Origin: an uncultured bacterium
Lineage (GTDB): Bacteria > Patescibacteriota > Minisyncoccia > Phycocordibacterales > CAIRYW01
Direction of reading: 5' to 3'
Length of the DNA: 64,000 nucleotides
Assembly: GCA_963766885.1 (NCBI GenBank)
Contig: CAVYBO010000001.1
Coordinates: 132,352-196,351, forward strand
In this document: piece after piece, positions 55,826 through 64,000 of the stretch
Position numbering within the stretch: the stretch's first letter is position 1
Layout of the letters: every line of letters begins with the position of its first letter
Program-made: the position numbers and the translations under genes
The notes under the pieces: model-generated
What the model was told of the DNA's origin: nothing
Database searches by the model: none
Seen by the model: only the letters and a program-made list of their open reading frames with translations

Positions 55826-56917
55826 ATGACTAAAACAAAAATCGCCATCAACGGCGCAGGGCGAATCGGAAGAGCTTTTTATAAACTAGCATCAAAAATA
55901 GAAGATGTTGAGATTGTTGCCATAAACGATTTGGCTGATATCGGCAACATTGCATATCTGCTCAAATACGACAGTGTATATGGCCGAAGCGATCTAGATG
56001 TTAAAGTCGGTGATGATAAAAAAACTCTTTTTATAAACGGAAAAGCTACAAAATATTTAAGTGAAAAAGATCCTGCAAATCTGCCCTGGAAAGATTTGGC
56101 TGTGGACGTGGTACTTGAATCAACAGGGCTTTTTACCAGCCGTGAAAAAGCAGAATTGCACATCAAGGCCGGAGCCAAAAGAGTGGTTATTACAGCGCCT
56201 TCCAAAGACGCAGCTGGCGCTCCGCAAGCCGCAACAATTTTGATGGGTCTTAACGAAGACAGATTCAAAACTTGTCCTGTCACTTCAAACGCATCTTGTA
56301 CAACTAACGCTGCAAGCCCTTTGATGGCGATTTTGGACGAAGCTATTGGAATTGAAAAAGCTGTTTTGAGCACTGTTCACGGATACACCGCATCGCAATC
56401 AATTGTTGATGGTCCGGCCAAAAAAGATTGGAAAGAGGGAAGAGCCGGTGCGCACAATATTGTGCCAACTTCCACAGGAGCTGCAATTGCTGTAACTCTT
56501 GCTCTGCCGCAACTCAAAGACAAATTTGACGGTGTGTCGCTTCGAGTTCCTGTGATTGCAGGATCAATTGTTGATGTGACTTTTATTTCCAAAAGATCGA
56601 CAACAGTTGAAGAAATAAACAATGCACTAAAAGCCGCAGCAACAAATCCAAGATGGCAGAAAGTTTTTTCTGTAACGGATGAGCCTCTTGTTTCATCAGA
56701 CATAATCGGCTCAAATTTTGCATCAATTGCTGATTTAGGATTGACTAGAGTTGTGGATGGAAATTTGGTAAAAGTTTTTGCTTGGTATGACAACGAAATG
56801 GGGTACACCCACGCACTGCTTGTGCACGTACTTGCAGCGGCCGCTGTGCCTTTTGAAATACCTGTTTCTAATCCAGAGCAACCAAAAGACGAAGTAACCA
56901 CTCCAAAATATGCCTAA
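55826..56917 (+). CDS. gap: type I glyceraldehyde-3-phosphate dehydrogenase
   Basis: NGAGRIGR Rossmann motif. Active-site ASCTTNA(A)SP. 363 aa. Confidence 0.9.
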   Translation: MTKTKIAINGAGRIGRAFYKLASKIEDVEIVAINDLADIGNIAYLLKYDSVYGRSDLDVKVGDDKKTLFINGKATKYLSEKDPANLPWKDLAVDVVLESTGLFTSREKAELHIKAGAKRVVITAPSKDAAGAPQAATILMGLNEDRFKTCPVTSNASCTTNAASPLMAILDEAIGIEKAVLSTVHGYTASQSIVDGPAKKDWKEGRAGAHNIVPTSTGAAIAVTLALPQLKDKFDGVSLRVPVIAGSIVDVTFISKRSTTVEEINNALKAAATNPRWQKVFSVTDEPLVSSDIIGSNFASIADLGLTRVVDGNLVKVFAWYDNEMGYTHALLVHVLAAAAVPFEIPVSNPEQPKDEVTTPKYA

Positions 56918-57356
56918 AATTCTTATTGCTACAGATCATGCTGGTTTTGAACTAAAAGAAAAACTGGTAGTGTTTTTAAAAAGTCTTGGATATGAAGTAG
57001 AGGATTTTGGCGCGCATACTTATGATCCCAAAGATGATTATCCGGATTTTATCGAGCCTTTGGCAAAAGAAATTTCTGCTAATCCAAGCCTCAAAGGAAT
57101 TATTCTTGGCGGCTCAGGAGAAGGCGAAGAAATCGTAGCAAATAGATTCAAAGGTGTCAGGGCGGTTGAATATTACGGCGGCGATTTGAGAGTTATTACT
57201 TTTTCAAGAGAACATAATGATGCAAATGTTTTGTCTCTCGGTGCCAGGTTTTTAAACGAGGAGGATGCAAAGGCGGCGGTAAAATTGTGGCTGGAAACTC
57301 CTTTTTCAGATGAAATCAGGCATATCGGCAGAATTCAAAAAATGGATAATATTTAA
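56910..57356 (+). CDS. rpiB: ribose 5-phosphate isomerase B (RpiB/LacA/LacB family), Glu-type active site
   Basis: IATDHAGFELKE…GIILGGSGEGEEIVANR…SREHNDANVL. The canonical Cys position is Gly and a Glu follows, as in the M. tuberculosis-type RpiB. Confidence 0.75.
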   Translation: MPKILIATDHAGFELKEKLVVFLKSLGYEVEDFGAHTYDPKDDYPDFIEPLAKEISANPSLKGIILGGSGEGEEIVANRFKGVRAVEYYGGDLRVITFSREHNDANVLSLGARFLNEEDAKAAVKLWLETPFSDEIRHIGRIQKMDNI

Positions 57357-57357
57357 A

Positions 57358-58038
57358 ATGCTTGAAATAATTCCAGCCATACTTCCAAAAAGTTTTGATG
57401 ATTTAAAAAATCATCTTGAACGCATCCAGAGTATTGGCGGTTTTGTGCAAATTGATGTCGTGGACGGCGAGTTTGCAGGCAAACCAAGCTGGCCGTTTGT
57501 TGGGGATGCTGGGCAATGGAGCGCGCTTCGCCGCGAAGAACTAGGATTGCCGTTTTGGGAAGATTTCGATTTTGAAATTGATTTGATGTGTAATGATCCT
57601 TTTGGGTATGTGAAAGACTGGGTTGCGGCGGGAGCAGCAAGAATTGTATTTCATGTTGAGGCAATTAATTTTGACGACGATCAACTGGCTTTTGAGCAGC
57701 TTCGCTCAGAAGGCACGGTGGATATTGGATTTGCTATAAGTATCGGCACAGAAAATGATGTTTTGGATGAATTAATTCCTTATGCAGATTTTATCCAGAT
57801 AATGGGTATTGATCCAATCGGCGCGCAAAAACAGCCTTTTGAAAAGAGGTGTTTAGAAAAAATCCAATTTTTTAGACAGAATTATCCCGAACTTTCAATT
57901 TCTGTTGACGGTGGAATGAATCCGGAAACCGCAGCGCTTGTAATTGATGCGGGCGCAAATCGCATTATTGCAGGATCGTTTATATTTGATTCAGTCGATC
58001 CATGGGAAGCGATAAATGAATTGCAGAGTTTGGTATAA
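57358..58038 (+). CDS. rpe: ribulose-phosphate 3-epimerase-like (RPE barrel with insertion)
   Basis: IDVVDGEF…, …EIDLMCNDP…, AGAARIVFHVEA, IMGIDPIGAQKQPF, SVDGGMN and AGANRIIAGSFIF parallel the RPE motifs. There is a 25-aa insertion after the first motif. Confidence 0.6.
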   Translation: MLEIIPAILPKSFDDLKNHLERIQSIGGFVQIDVVDGEFAGKPSWPFVGDAGQWSALRREELGLPFWEDFDFEIDLMCNDPFGYVKDWVAAGAARIVFHVEAINFDDDQLAFEQLRSEGTVDIGFAISIGTENDVLDELIPYADFIQIMGIDPIGAQKQPFEKRCLEKIQFFRQNYPELSISVDGGMNPETAALVIDAGANRIIAGSFIFDSVDPWEAINELQSLV

Positions 58039-58057
58039 TTCAGCAGTATAAATCAGA

Positions 58058-58927
58058 ATGGAAACACTGACAGACGCAAAAATAAAATTTCTGGAAGAGA
58101 CTGCCAACAATATCCGCCAGTCGATTATTGAAATGCTTTTGGAGGCGGGAAGCGGGCATACAGCTGGACCATTAGGGATGGCGGATGTTTTTACAGCACT
58201 GTTTTTTCATTGCTTGAAGCATGATTCCAAGAATCCGTTTTGGCAAGACCGCGACAGGGTAGTGCTTTCTAATGGCCACATTTGCCCAGTTTATTACGCT
58301 ACACTTGCTCACGCTGGATATTTGCCGATTGAAGAATTAAAAACTTTGCGAAAATTTGGCAGCCGACTGCAAGGTCATCCACACAGAGAGTTTTTGGATA
58401 TTTTGGAGACAAGCTCTGGGCCTTTAGGTTGCGGACTTTCTCAGGCTGTTGGAATGGCTTTGGCGGATAGGATGCAAAACGGGGTCTCTAGCGGCAAACA
58501 ATTTTACGCACTACTTAGCGATGGAGAACACGACGAAGGTAATATTTGGGAAGCCTATCTTTTGGCTGGCAAAGAAAAATTGCAAAATCTGACGATAATA
58601 ATTGATAGAAATAATATTCAAATTGACGGCTACACCGAAAATATTATGCCATTAGAAAATTTTAGAAATAAAATCGAGGCTTTTAATATGCATGTTCAAG
58701 AAATCGATGGCAATGATATGAGGCAGATTGTTGAGGCCATAGGCCGCGCGCAGGCGGAATTTAGTAAGCCGTCAGTAATAATTGCAAACACTATTCCCGG
58801 CAAAGGTGTTGCGGAATTTGAGCGCAAATACGAGTGGCACGGCAAACCGCCAAATAAGGAAGAGGCAGAAATGGCACTCAAGGAGCTTAGAACTTTGGGT
58901 GGCAAAATAAGAAGCGAACATGAATAA
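58058..58927 (+). CDS. transketolase, N-terminal (TPP-binding) subunit
   Basis: …EAGSGHTAGPLGMADVF…, …SNGHICPVYYA… and GDGEHDEGNIWEA, the TPP pyrophosphate-binding motifs. Split-gene arrangement. Confidence 0.85.
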   Translation: METLTDAKIKFLEETANNIRQSIIEMLLEAGSGHTAGPLGMADVFTALFFHCLKHDSKNPFWQDRDRVVLSNGHICPVYYATLAHAGYLPIEELKTLRKFGSRLQGHPHREFLDILETSSGPLGCGLSQAVGMALADRMQNGVSSGKQFYALLSDGEHDEGNIWEAYLLAGKEKLQNLTIIIDRNNIQIDGYTENIMPLENFRNKIEAFNMHVQEIDGNDMRQIVEAIGRAQAEFSKPSVIIANTIPGKGVAEFERKYEWHGKPPNKEEAEMALKELRTLGGKIRSEHE

Positions 58928-59030
58928 GAATCTAAATCCAAAAATATTTGATAAAGATGTTGAACAAGTGCCAATCCGCAAAGGTTTTGGCGAAGGACTT
59001 TTGATTGCGGGTGGTAAGGACTAAAAAATC

Positions 59031-59909
59031 GTGGCTCTTTGCGCGGATCTGACAGAATCCACGCAGATGAATCTTTTCAGGGATAAATTTCCGGAACGAT
59101 TTGTAGAAATCGGCGTGGCAGAACAAAACTTGGCTGCAGTGGCTAGCGGAATGGCAGCGATGGGAATGATGCCTGTGATTTCCTCTTATGCGATGTTTAG
59201 TCCTGGAAGAAACTGGGAGCAGATCCGGACCACAATTGCCTACAACAACAGAAAAGTTTTGATTGCAGGAAGCCACGCTGGAGTGTCTGTGGGTCCAGAT
59301 GGCGGCACGCACCAAGCAGTTGAAGACATTGCAATCACGCGTGTAATTCCAAATATGACAGTAATTTCTCCGTGCGACGCCATTGAAGCTAGAAAGGCCA
59401 CGATTGCGGCGTTGAGTAGTAAAATCAAGACACCTGTGTATTTGAGGCTTGCTCGCGAAAAAACCCCAATCATTACAACAGAAGATTCGGAGTTTGAAAT
59501 TGGCAAAGCGGAAGTTTTATATGAGTCAGACAAACCGGAGGTGGCAATAATTGCAACCGGAGCATTAGTTTACAAAGCATTAGTTGCAGCCAAAGAAATG
59601 GAAGAAAATGATGGAGTGGGTTCAATTGTTATTAACCTCCACACAATCAAACCGATTGATGAAAAAACCATTATTGAAGCGGCTCAAAAATGTGGAGCAG
59701 TGGTGACAGTAGAAGAGCATCAAGTGGCCGGAGGGATGGGTTCTGCAGTTGCGGAAGTTTTGGCCAAGAATTTTCCCGTGCCAGTAGAATTTGTTGGCGT
59801 TCAAAATGTATTTGGTCAATCAGGTACTCCTGAAGAATTGATTGAACACTACGGAATGGGAGTTAGGGCGATACAAGAAGCTGTTTCAAAAGTAATTTCT
59901 AGAAAATAA
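59031..59909 (+). CDS. transketolase, C-terminal (pyrimidine-binding) subunit. The conserved N-terminal 34 codons (58920..59021) are cut off by an in-frame TAA at 59022-59024.
   Basis: …FVEIGVAEQNLAAVASGMAAMGMMPV… and …GPDGGTHQAVEDIAI… The upstream in-frame segment MNKNLNPKIFDKDVEQVPIRKGFGEGLLIAGGKD* also matches the subunit N-terminus. GTG 59031 is the first possible restart codon. Confidence 0.7.
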   Translation: MALCADLTESTQMNLFRDKFPERFVEIGVAEQNLAAVASGMAAMGMMPVISSYAMFSPGRNWEQIRTTIAYNNRKVLIAGSHAGVSVGPDGGTHQAVEDIAITRVIPNMTVISPCDAIEARKATIAALSSKIKTPVYLRLAREKTPIITTEDSEFEIGKAEVLYESDKPEVAIIATGALVYKALVAAKEMEENDGVGSIVINLHTIKPIDEKTIIEAAQKCGAVVTVEEHQVAGGMGSAVAEVLAKNFPVPVEFVGVQNVFGQSGTPEELIEHYGMGVRAIQEAVSKVISRK

Positions 59910-59918
59910 TTATTTATA

Positions 59919-60143
59919 TTAAAGCCGAGGTTTTCCTAGTTTGGTTTTAATTCTTGTTATTCCTTGCTGCACTTCTTCTAAAAGTCTTTTGGATCTTGGA
60001 TTATTATTTTTTATAAGGCCAAGAAGCCTTATTACTTCTCGGATTTCATGGTTAAGTTCCTCGTCAGAATTAGATTTTTTTAAAGATCCCAGTCGGTCAG
60101 ATATAGGATTATAAGATTCTTTTTTTATATTGCCTTGTTCCAT
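59919..60143 (-). CDS. hypothetical small protein
   Basis: 74-aa ORF immediately downstream of thrS on the same strand. No domain recognised. Confidence 0.3.
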   Translation of the reverse strand: MEQGNIKKESYNPISDRLGSLKKSNSDEELNHEIREVIRLLGLIKNNNPRSKRLLEEVQQGITRIKTKLGKPRL

Positions 60144-60155
60144 CGAGTTTTTTTA

Positions 60156-61949
60156 TTAAATTTTCCTTGATTTTATTTCTTCCGTCAAGAGCACAATTGC
60201 CTTTTCAACCGGCATTACGCCAAGTGAGCCAGTTCTTTTTTCCAAAGTAACAGAATTATCTTCCACTTCTTTTTTGCCAATTACTGCCAGGTATGGAATC
60301 TTTCCCACTTTGGCCTCACGGATTTTTTTGCCCAAAGTTTCGCTGTCCTTGTTTATTTCAAATCTGATATTATTTTCTTCCAAAAGTTTTCCAAATTTCT
60401 CTGCAAATTCAATTTCTGCTTCTCCGATCGGTAAAATTTTGACCTGCACCGGCGCAAGCCAAAGCGGGAAGTGTCCAGCAAAGTGTTCAATAAGAAAACC
60501 AATAAATCTTTCATGCGTGCCAAGCGGCGCGCGATGAATGACCGCTGGGATTTTTTTCTTGCCATCCGAGTCTGTGTATTCAAGACCAAAAGCTTTGCCC
60601 ATATAAAGATCTAATTGATTAGTAGAAGCGGTAAACATACGGCCGGTTGAGGAACGAATTTGGAAGTCCATTTTTGGCCCGTAAAAAGCAGCACCTTCAT
60701 TTACGATTGTGTAAGGAACACCAGATTTCTCCATTGCCTCAATAGTCATCTGTTCCGCTTCTTTCCAATCGTTTTCATCGCCGTGGTATTTGTCTAATTT
60801 TTTAGGATCACGAAGAGCAAGTTCCATCTGGTAATCGTTGATACCAAGTATTTTGTAATAATATTCGTGGAGTTTGATGACGTTTACAAATTCTTCCACA
60901 GCTTTTTCCTTCTGGATATAGATATGAGCGTCATTCATTTGCATGCCTCGAACGCGCATCAAGCCGAAAAGACTTCCAGAGTCTTCGTAGCGATGACACC
61001 AGCCGTATTCAGCAAGTCTGACAGGTAAATCTTTGTAGCTTTTTGGTCTTGCGGCAAAAGTTTTGTGATGGAAAGGGCAGTTCATTGGTTTGATGTAATA
61101 GTTTTCTTCTTCAATTACAATCGGTGCGTACATTGAATCTTTATAAAGAGGCAAGTGTCCGGAAGTATAAAAGAGATTTTCTTTTGTAATTATCGGTGTT
61201 GTTACGCGCTGGTAACCCCATTTTCTTTCGGTTTCTTTTGCCCATTCTTCAATCTCTTCTTTGATGATATTTCCTTTTGGAAGCCAAATTGGAAGGCCTT
61301 TGCCGATCGATTCATCAAAGTGAAAAAGATCCAATTCCTGTCCAAGCTTTCGATGATCTCTTTTTTCTGCTTCAGCTTGTTGTTTTTCGTAAGCATCCAG
61401 TTCTTCTTTTGTATCAAAAGCTAGTCCGTAAATACGAGTTAGCATTTTCTTTTTTTCATCTCCGCGCCAGTATGCTCCAGCAACGCGGGATAATTTGAAA
61501 GAATCAGAAGAGATTTCCTTTGCTGGAAATTCAGTGTGCCCGCCGCGGCAAAGATCGGTAAAGTTATTGCAAGTATAAAATGTTATTTTCTCACCCTTGG
61601 AAACAATTTCATCAATAAGTTCAAGTTTGTATGGATTATTTTTGAAATATTCTTTTGCTTCCTTTTCCGTTTTTTCTTCGTGAGAAAATTCCTTCCAATT
61701 ATTGATTTGCTTTCGCATTTCTTTTTGGATGTCTTTGAGATTTTCTTCGTTAATTGGAGTTTTGAATTCAAAATCGTAATAAAAACCGTTGTCTATTGTA
61801 GGACCTATTGTGTTTAGAGTTTCTGGATAAAGCTTCAATACTGCAGAGGCCAAAAGGTGGGCCAATGTATGCCGCTTATGCTCTAGCATTTCTTTGAGTT
61901 CTTTATTGTCTTTCATATTCATAAAGGATAGATTATCACAATAATACAA
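60156..61949 (-). CDS. thrS: threonine--tRNA ligase
   Basis: Second additional domain with HxxxH (…HKRHTLAHLLASAV…). Class II motifs (…FHHKTFAARPKSYKDLPVRLAEYGWCHRYE…, …GAAFYGPKMDF…) and a C-terminal anticodon-binding domain. The N-terminal TGS domain is absent. Confidence 0.85.
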   Translation of the reverse strand: MYYCDNLSFMNMKDNKELKEMLEHKRHTLAHLLASAVLKLYPETLNTIGPTIDNGFYYDFEFKTPINEENLKDIQKEMRKQINNWKEFSHEEKTEKEAKEYFKNNPYKLELIDEIVSKGEKITFYTCNNFTDLCRGGHTEFPAKEISSDSFKLSRVAGAYWRGDEKKKMLTRIYGLAFDTKEELDAYEKQQAEAEKRDHRKLGQELDLFHFDESIGKGLPIWLPKGNIIKEEIEEWAKETERKWGYQRVTTPIITKENLFYTSGHLPLYKDSMYAPIVIEEENYYIKPMNCPFHHKTFAARPKSYKDLPVRLAEYGWCHRYEDSGSLFGLMRVRGMQMNDAHIYIQKEKAVEEFVNVIKLHEYYYKILGINDYQMELALRDPKKLDKYHGDENDWKEAEQMTIEAMEKSGVPYTIVNEGAAFYGPKMDFQIRSSTGRMFTASTNQLDLYMGKAFGLEYTDSDGKKKIPAVIHRAPLGTHERFIGFLIEHFAGHFPLWLAPVQVKILPIGEAEIEFAEKFGKLLEENNIRFEINKDSETLGKKIREAKVGKIPYLAVIGKKEVEDNSVTLEKRTGSLGVMPVEKAIVLLTEEIKSRKI

Positions 61950-61954
61950 ATATT

Positions 61955-64000
61955 TTAAACAGACCTTATCTTATCTGCCACGATGCTCAAGGAATTATTG
62001 CGGTTTGAAATTTTACCCTCGATTGCCAGGCATTTTTCACTTGTGATTTTGCCTTTCATATCTTCGTATAATCCATTAAAAATCACTACTTCTATTGAAG
62101 AAGAAAAATCTGAAACTGTCAGAAACGCCATCAGCTCATTTTTTTTGGTTCTGATTTCTTTTATTTCTCCTGGAACTCCGATGACTAAAACTTTAGTTCC
62201 TTCTTTTGCGGTCTTAACTTTTTCAATGGAAATATCTTTTTGAATCATTTTGTCTTTCAGCCTGTCCAAAGGATGTCCAGAAATAAATAATCCCAGCAGT
62301 TCTTTTTCCCAGCCTAGCTTTTCACTTTGAGTTGCGTTTGGAGCTTCTTTCATTTGAATTGATCCTCCAGAAGAACCAAAAAGTGAATCTTGATTTTTGG
62401 CTTTGCCGTGAATTTCCTTATTGAATGTAAGCAGGTTTTCTAGATTTGCCAAAAGCACTCCGCGGTCTGCAAATTCATCAAGAGATCCGCTTTTAATCAG
62501 TGCTTCAAGGGATTTTTTGTTTAGATTTTTGTCGCCGATGCGTGTCAAAAAATCTTCAACAGAAGCAAACTTGCCGTTTTGTTTTCTTTCTTCAATTATT
62601 GTTGCTCCAATTCCTTCACCGAAGTTTTTGATTGATGTTAATCCGAAACGGATCTCTTCTCTCCCTGATTCATTTTTGACAACTGTAAAAACTCCAAAAC
62701 TTTCATTGACACTTGGTGGCAGCACTTCAATTCCTGTTCTTTTGCATTCCTTCACGGATTCTGCAACTTTATCCACGTCTCCAGCTTCGTGAGTCAAAAC
62801 GCTTGCCATATATTCCGCGGGGAAATTGGCTTTCAAATATGCCGTGATGTACGCTACCCAACCATAAGAAACGGAGTGGGCTTTGTTGAATCCATACGCA
62901 GCAAATGGTTCAATCCAACCCCAGATTTCTTTGGCCTTTTCCTTGCTCCAGCCGGAATGCTCGGTACATCCTTTGATGAATTTTTCTTTTTGCTCGGCCA
63001 TTTCTTTGGGAATTTTTTTGCCCACAGCTTTTCGGAATTTATCCACCTCGCCCCAAGAATATCCGGCCAAATTGTGCGCCATCATCAAAAGGTCGTCTTG
63101 GTAGACAAGAATCCCATATGTTTTTTGAAGGATCGGTTCAAGGGCTGGATCAAGATATATAATTTTTGAAGGATCGTGCTTTCGGGAAATGTATTCGGGG
63201 ATAAATTGAATTGGTCCTGGACGATAAAGCGCCACCATCGCGTTGATGTCGTGGATAGTTGTTGGTTTGAGATCAATCAGAAACTTCGTCATGCCTTCAC
63301 CGTTTAACTGAAATGTGTCGGCGGTTTCTCCGCGCGCAAGCATTTCAAAAGTTTTTTTATCATCAATTGGAATGGTATCAACATCCAAGTCTATATTTTT
63401 TAATTTTTTAACCAAGTTTATGGTGTCAGATACTATTGAAAGATTTTTCAGGCCAAGAAAATCAAATTTAAGAAGTCCGATCCCTCCATATTCATCTGTT
63501 ATGGAATACATATCATACTGGGTGATGATTTTATTTTCACCTTTTGTATCAAACTGAAGGGGAGTAAAGTCAATCAAAGGAGTAGGAGCCATCACCACTC
63601 CTGCGGCGTGCACAGAAATATGGCGAGCAGAGCCTTCAATTTTCTTAGCCATATCAATTATCCTTTTTGTGTCTTCTTCTTTTTTATACGCTTCGGCAAG
63701 TTCAGGAGTAATTTCTAAAGCGTGTTCAATAGTCATTGGAAATCCCTGGCTGCCCATTGGAATCATTTTGGATATTCTGTCGCCCGTGGCCACAGAATAT
63801 CCAAGCGCTCTTGCTACGTCGCGAACAGAACCTCTTGCCGCCATTGTTCCGAATGTTCCAATCTGGGCCACTTTATCCGCGCCGTATTTTTGTTTGGCGT
63901 ATTCCACCATTTCATCGCGCCTGTCATCAGCAAAGTCCATATCAATATCTGGAGCGCTCGGTCTGTCTGGGTTTAGAAATCTTTCAAAAGGAATTTCGTA
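61955..64000 (-). CDS. dnaE: DNA polymerase III alpha subunit (DnaE), C-terminal part (5' end beyond window)
   Basis: The frame is open to the window edge. Finger/thumb region …FDFLGLKNL…, …AYGFNKAHSVSYGWVAYITAYLKANFPAEYMASVL…, and a C-terminal OB-fold. Confidence 0.85.
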   Translation of the reverse strand, partial: YEIPFERFLNPDRPSAPDIDMDFADDRRDEMVEYAKQKYGADKVAQIGTFGTMAARGSVRDVARALGYSVATGDRISKMIPMGSQGFPMTIEHALEITPELAEAYKKEEDTKRIIDMAKKIEGSARHISVHAAGVVMAPTPLIDFTPLQFDTKGENKIITQYDMYSITDEYGGIGLLKFDFLGLKNLSIVSDTINLVKKLKNIDLDVDTIPIDDKKTFEMLARGETADTFQLNGEGMTKFLIDLKPTTIHDINAMVALYRPGPIQFIPEYISRKHDPSKIIYLDPALEPILQKTYGILVYQDDLLMMAHNLAGYSWGEVDKFRKAVGKKIPKEMAEQKEKFIKGCTEHSGWSKEKAKEIWGWIEPFAAYGFNKAHSVSYGWVAYITAYLKANFPAEYMASVLTHEAGDVDKVAESVKECKRTGIEVLPPSVNESFGVFTVVKNESGREEIRFGLTSIKNFGEGIGATIIEERKQNGKFASVEDFLTRIGDKNLNKKSLEALIKSGSLDEFADRGVLLANLENLLTFNKEIHGKAKNQDSLFGSSGGSIQMKEAPNATQSEKLGWEKELLGLFISGHPLDRLKDKMIQKDISIEKVKTAKEGTKVLVIGVPGEIKEIRTKKNELMAFLTVSDFSSSIEVVIFNGLYEDMKGKITSEKCLAIEGKISNRNNSLSIVADKIRSV

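Overview
This window reads as a low-GC, tightly packed bacterial chromosome segment, most consistent with a Candidate Phyla Radiation (Patescibacteria-like) genome; that placement is an inference from gene content and compactness. Genetic code 11 is used, since TGA serves as a stop codon (for example at the end of znuC). About 75 mostly co-directional genes are present.

Main blocks, in order:
- 0.3-19.7 kb: a peptidoglycan and glycan-assembly locus. It holds murD and murC, many GT4 and GT2 glycosyltransferases, a GtrA/GtrB-like GT2/GT-C (GT39-like) lipid-linked glycosylation triad with a second GT-C paralog, a polysaccharide deacetylase, two SAM methyltransferases, a Wzx-like flippase and an O-antigen-ligase-like TPR protein.
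- 20-24.4 kb: murB, then a zur-znuA-znuC-znuB zinc-uptake operon with a 7-1-7 Fur-family box. znuC is frameshifted.
- 25.9-34 kb: an accessory-looking stretch with patchy higher GC. It holds an ECF sigma factor, an ADP-ribosylglycohydrolase, a DUF1059 gene and a DHFR-like gene. Two of these genes are preceded by a near-identical 33-nt motif. The stretch also holds a candidate three-gene module of a tail-anchored peptide, a Zn-ribbon DUF4145 (HEPN-like) protein and a transmembrane coiled-coil protein. This module is my best candidate for an undescribed system. YibE/F, a RusA-like resolvase and a lipoprotein follow.
- 34-49 kb: secA, three tandem GH130-like beta-propeller domains, and housekeeping genes (obg, gatB, an AI-2E transporter, an ABC-2 transporter, MYG1, an SDR, a HAD hydrolase).
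- 49.3-55.8 kb: a sulfotransferase and two GT9-like glycosyltransferases immediately upstream of a 1262-aa surface fibre protein. That protein has about 1.7 kb of YadA-head-like heptad repeats, a C-terminal S74 intramolecular-chaperone domain and a Ser/Thr-rich tail.
- 55.8-64 kb: gap, rpiB, rpe, a split transketolase (the C-terminal subunit carries an in-frame TAA), thrS and the 3' part of dnaE.

No rRNA, tRNA or CRISPR array was found.
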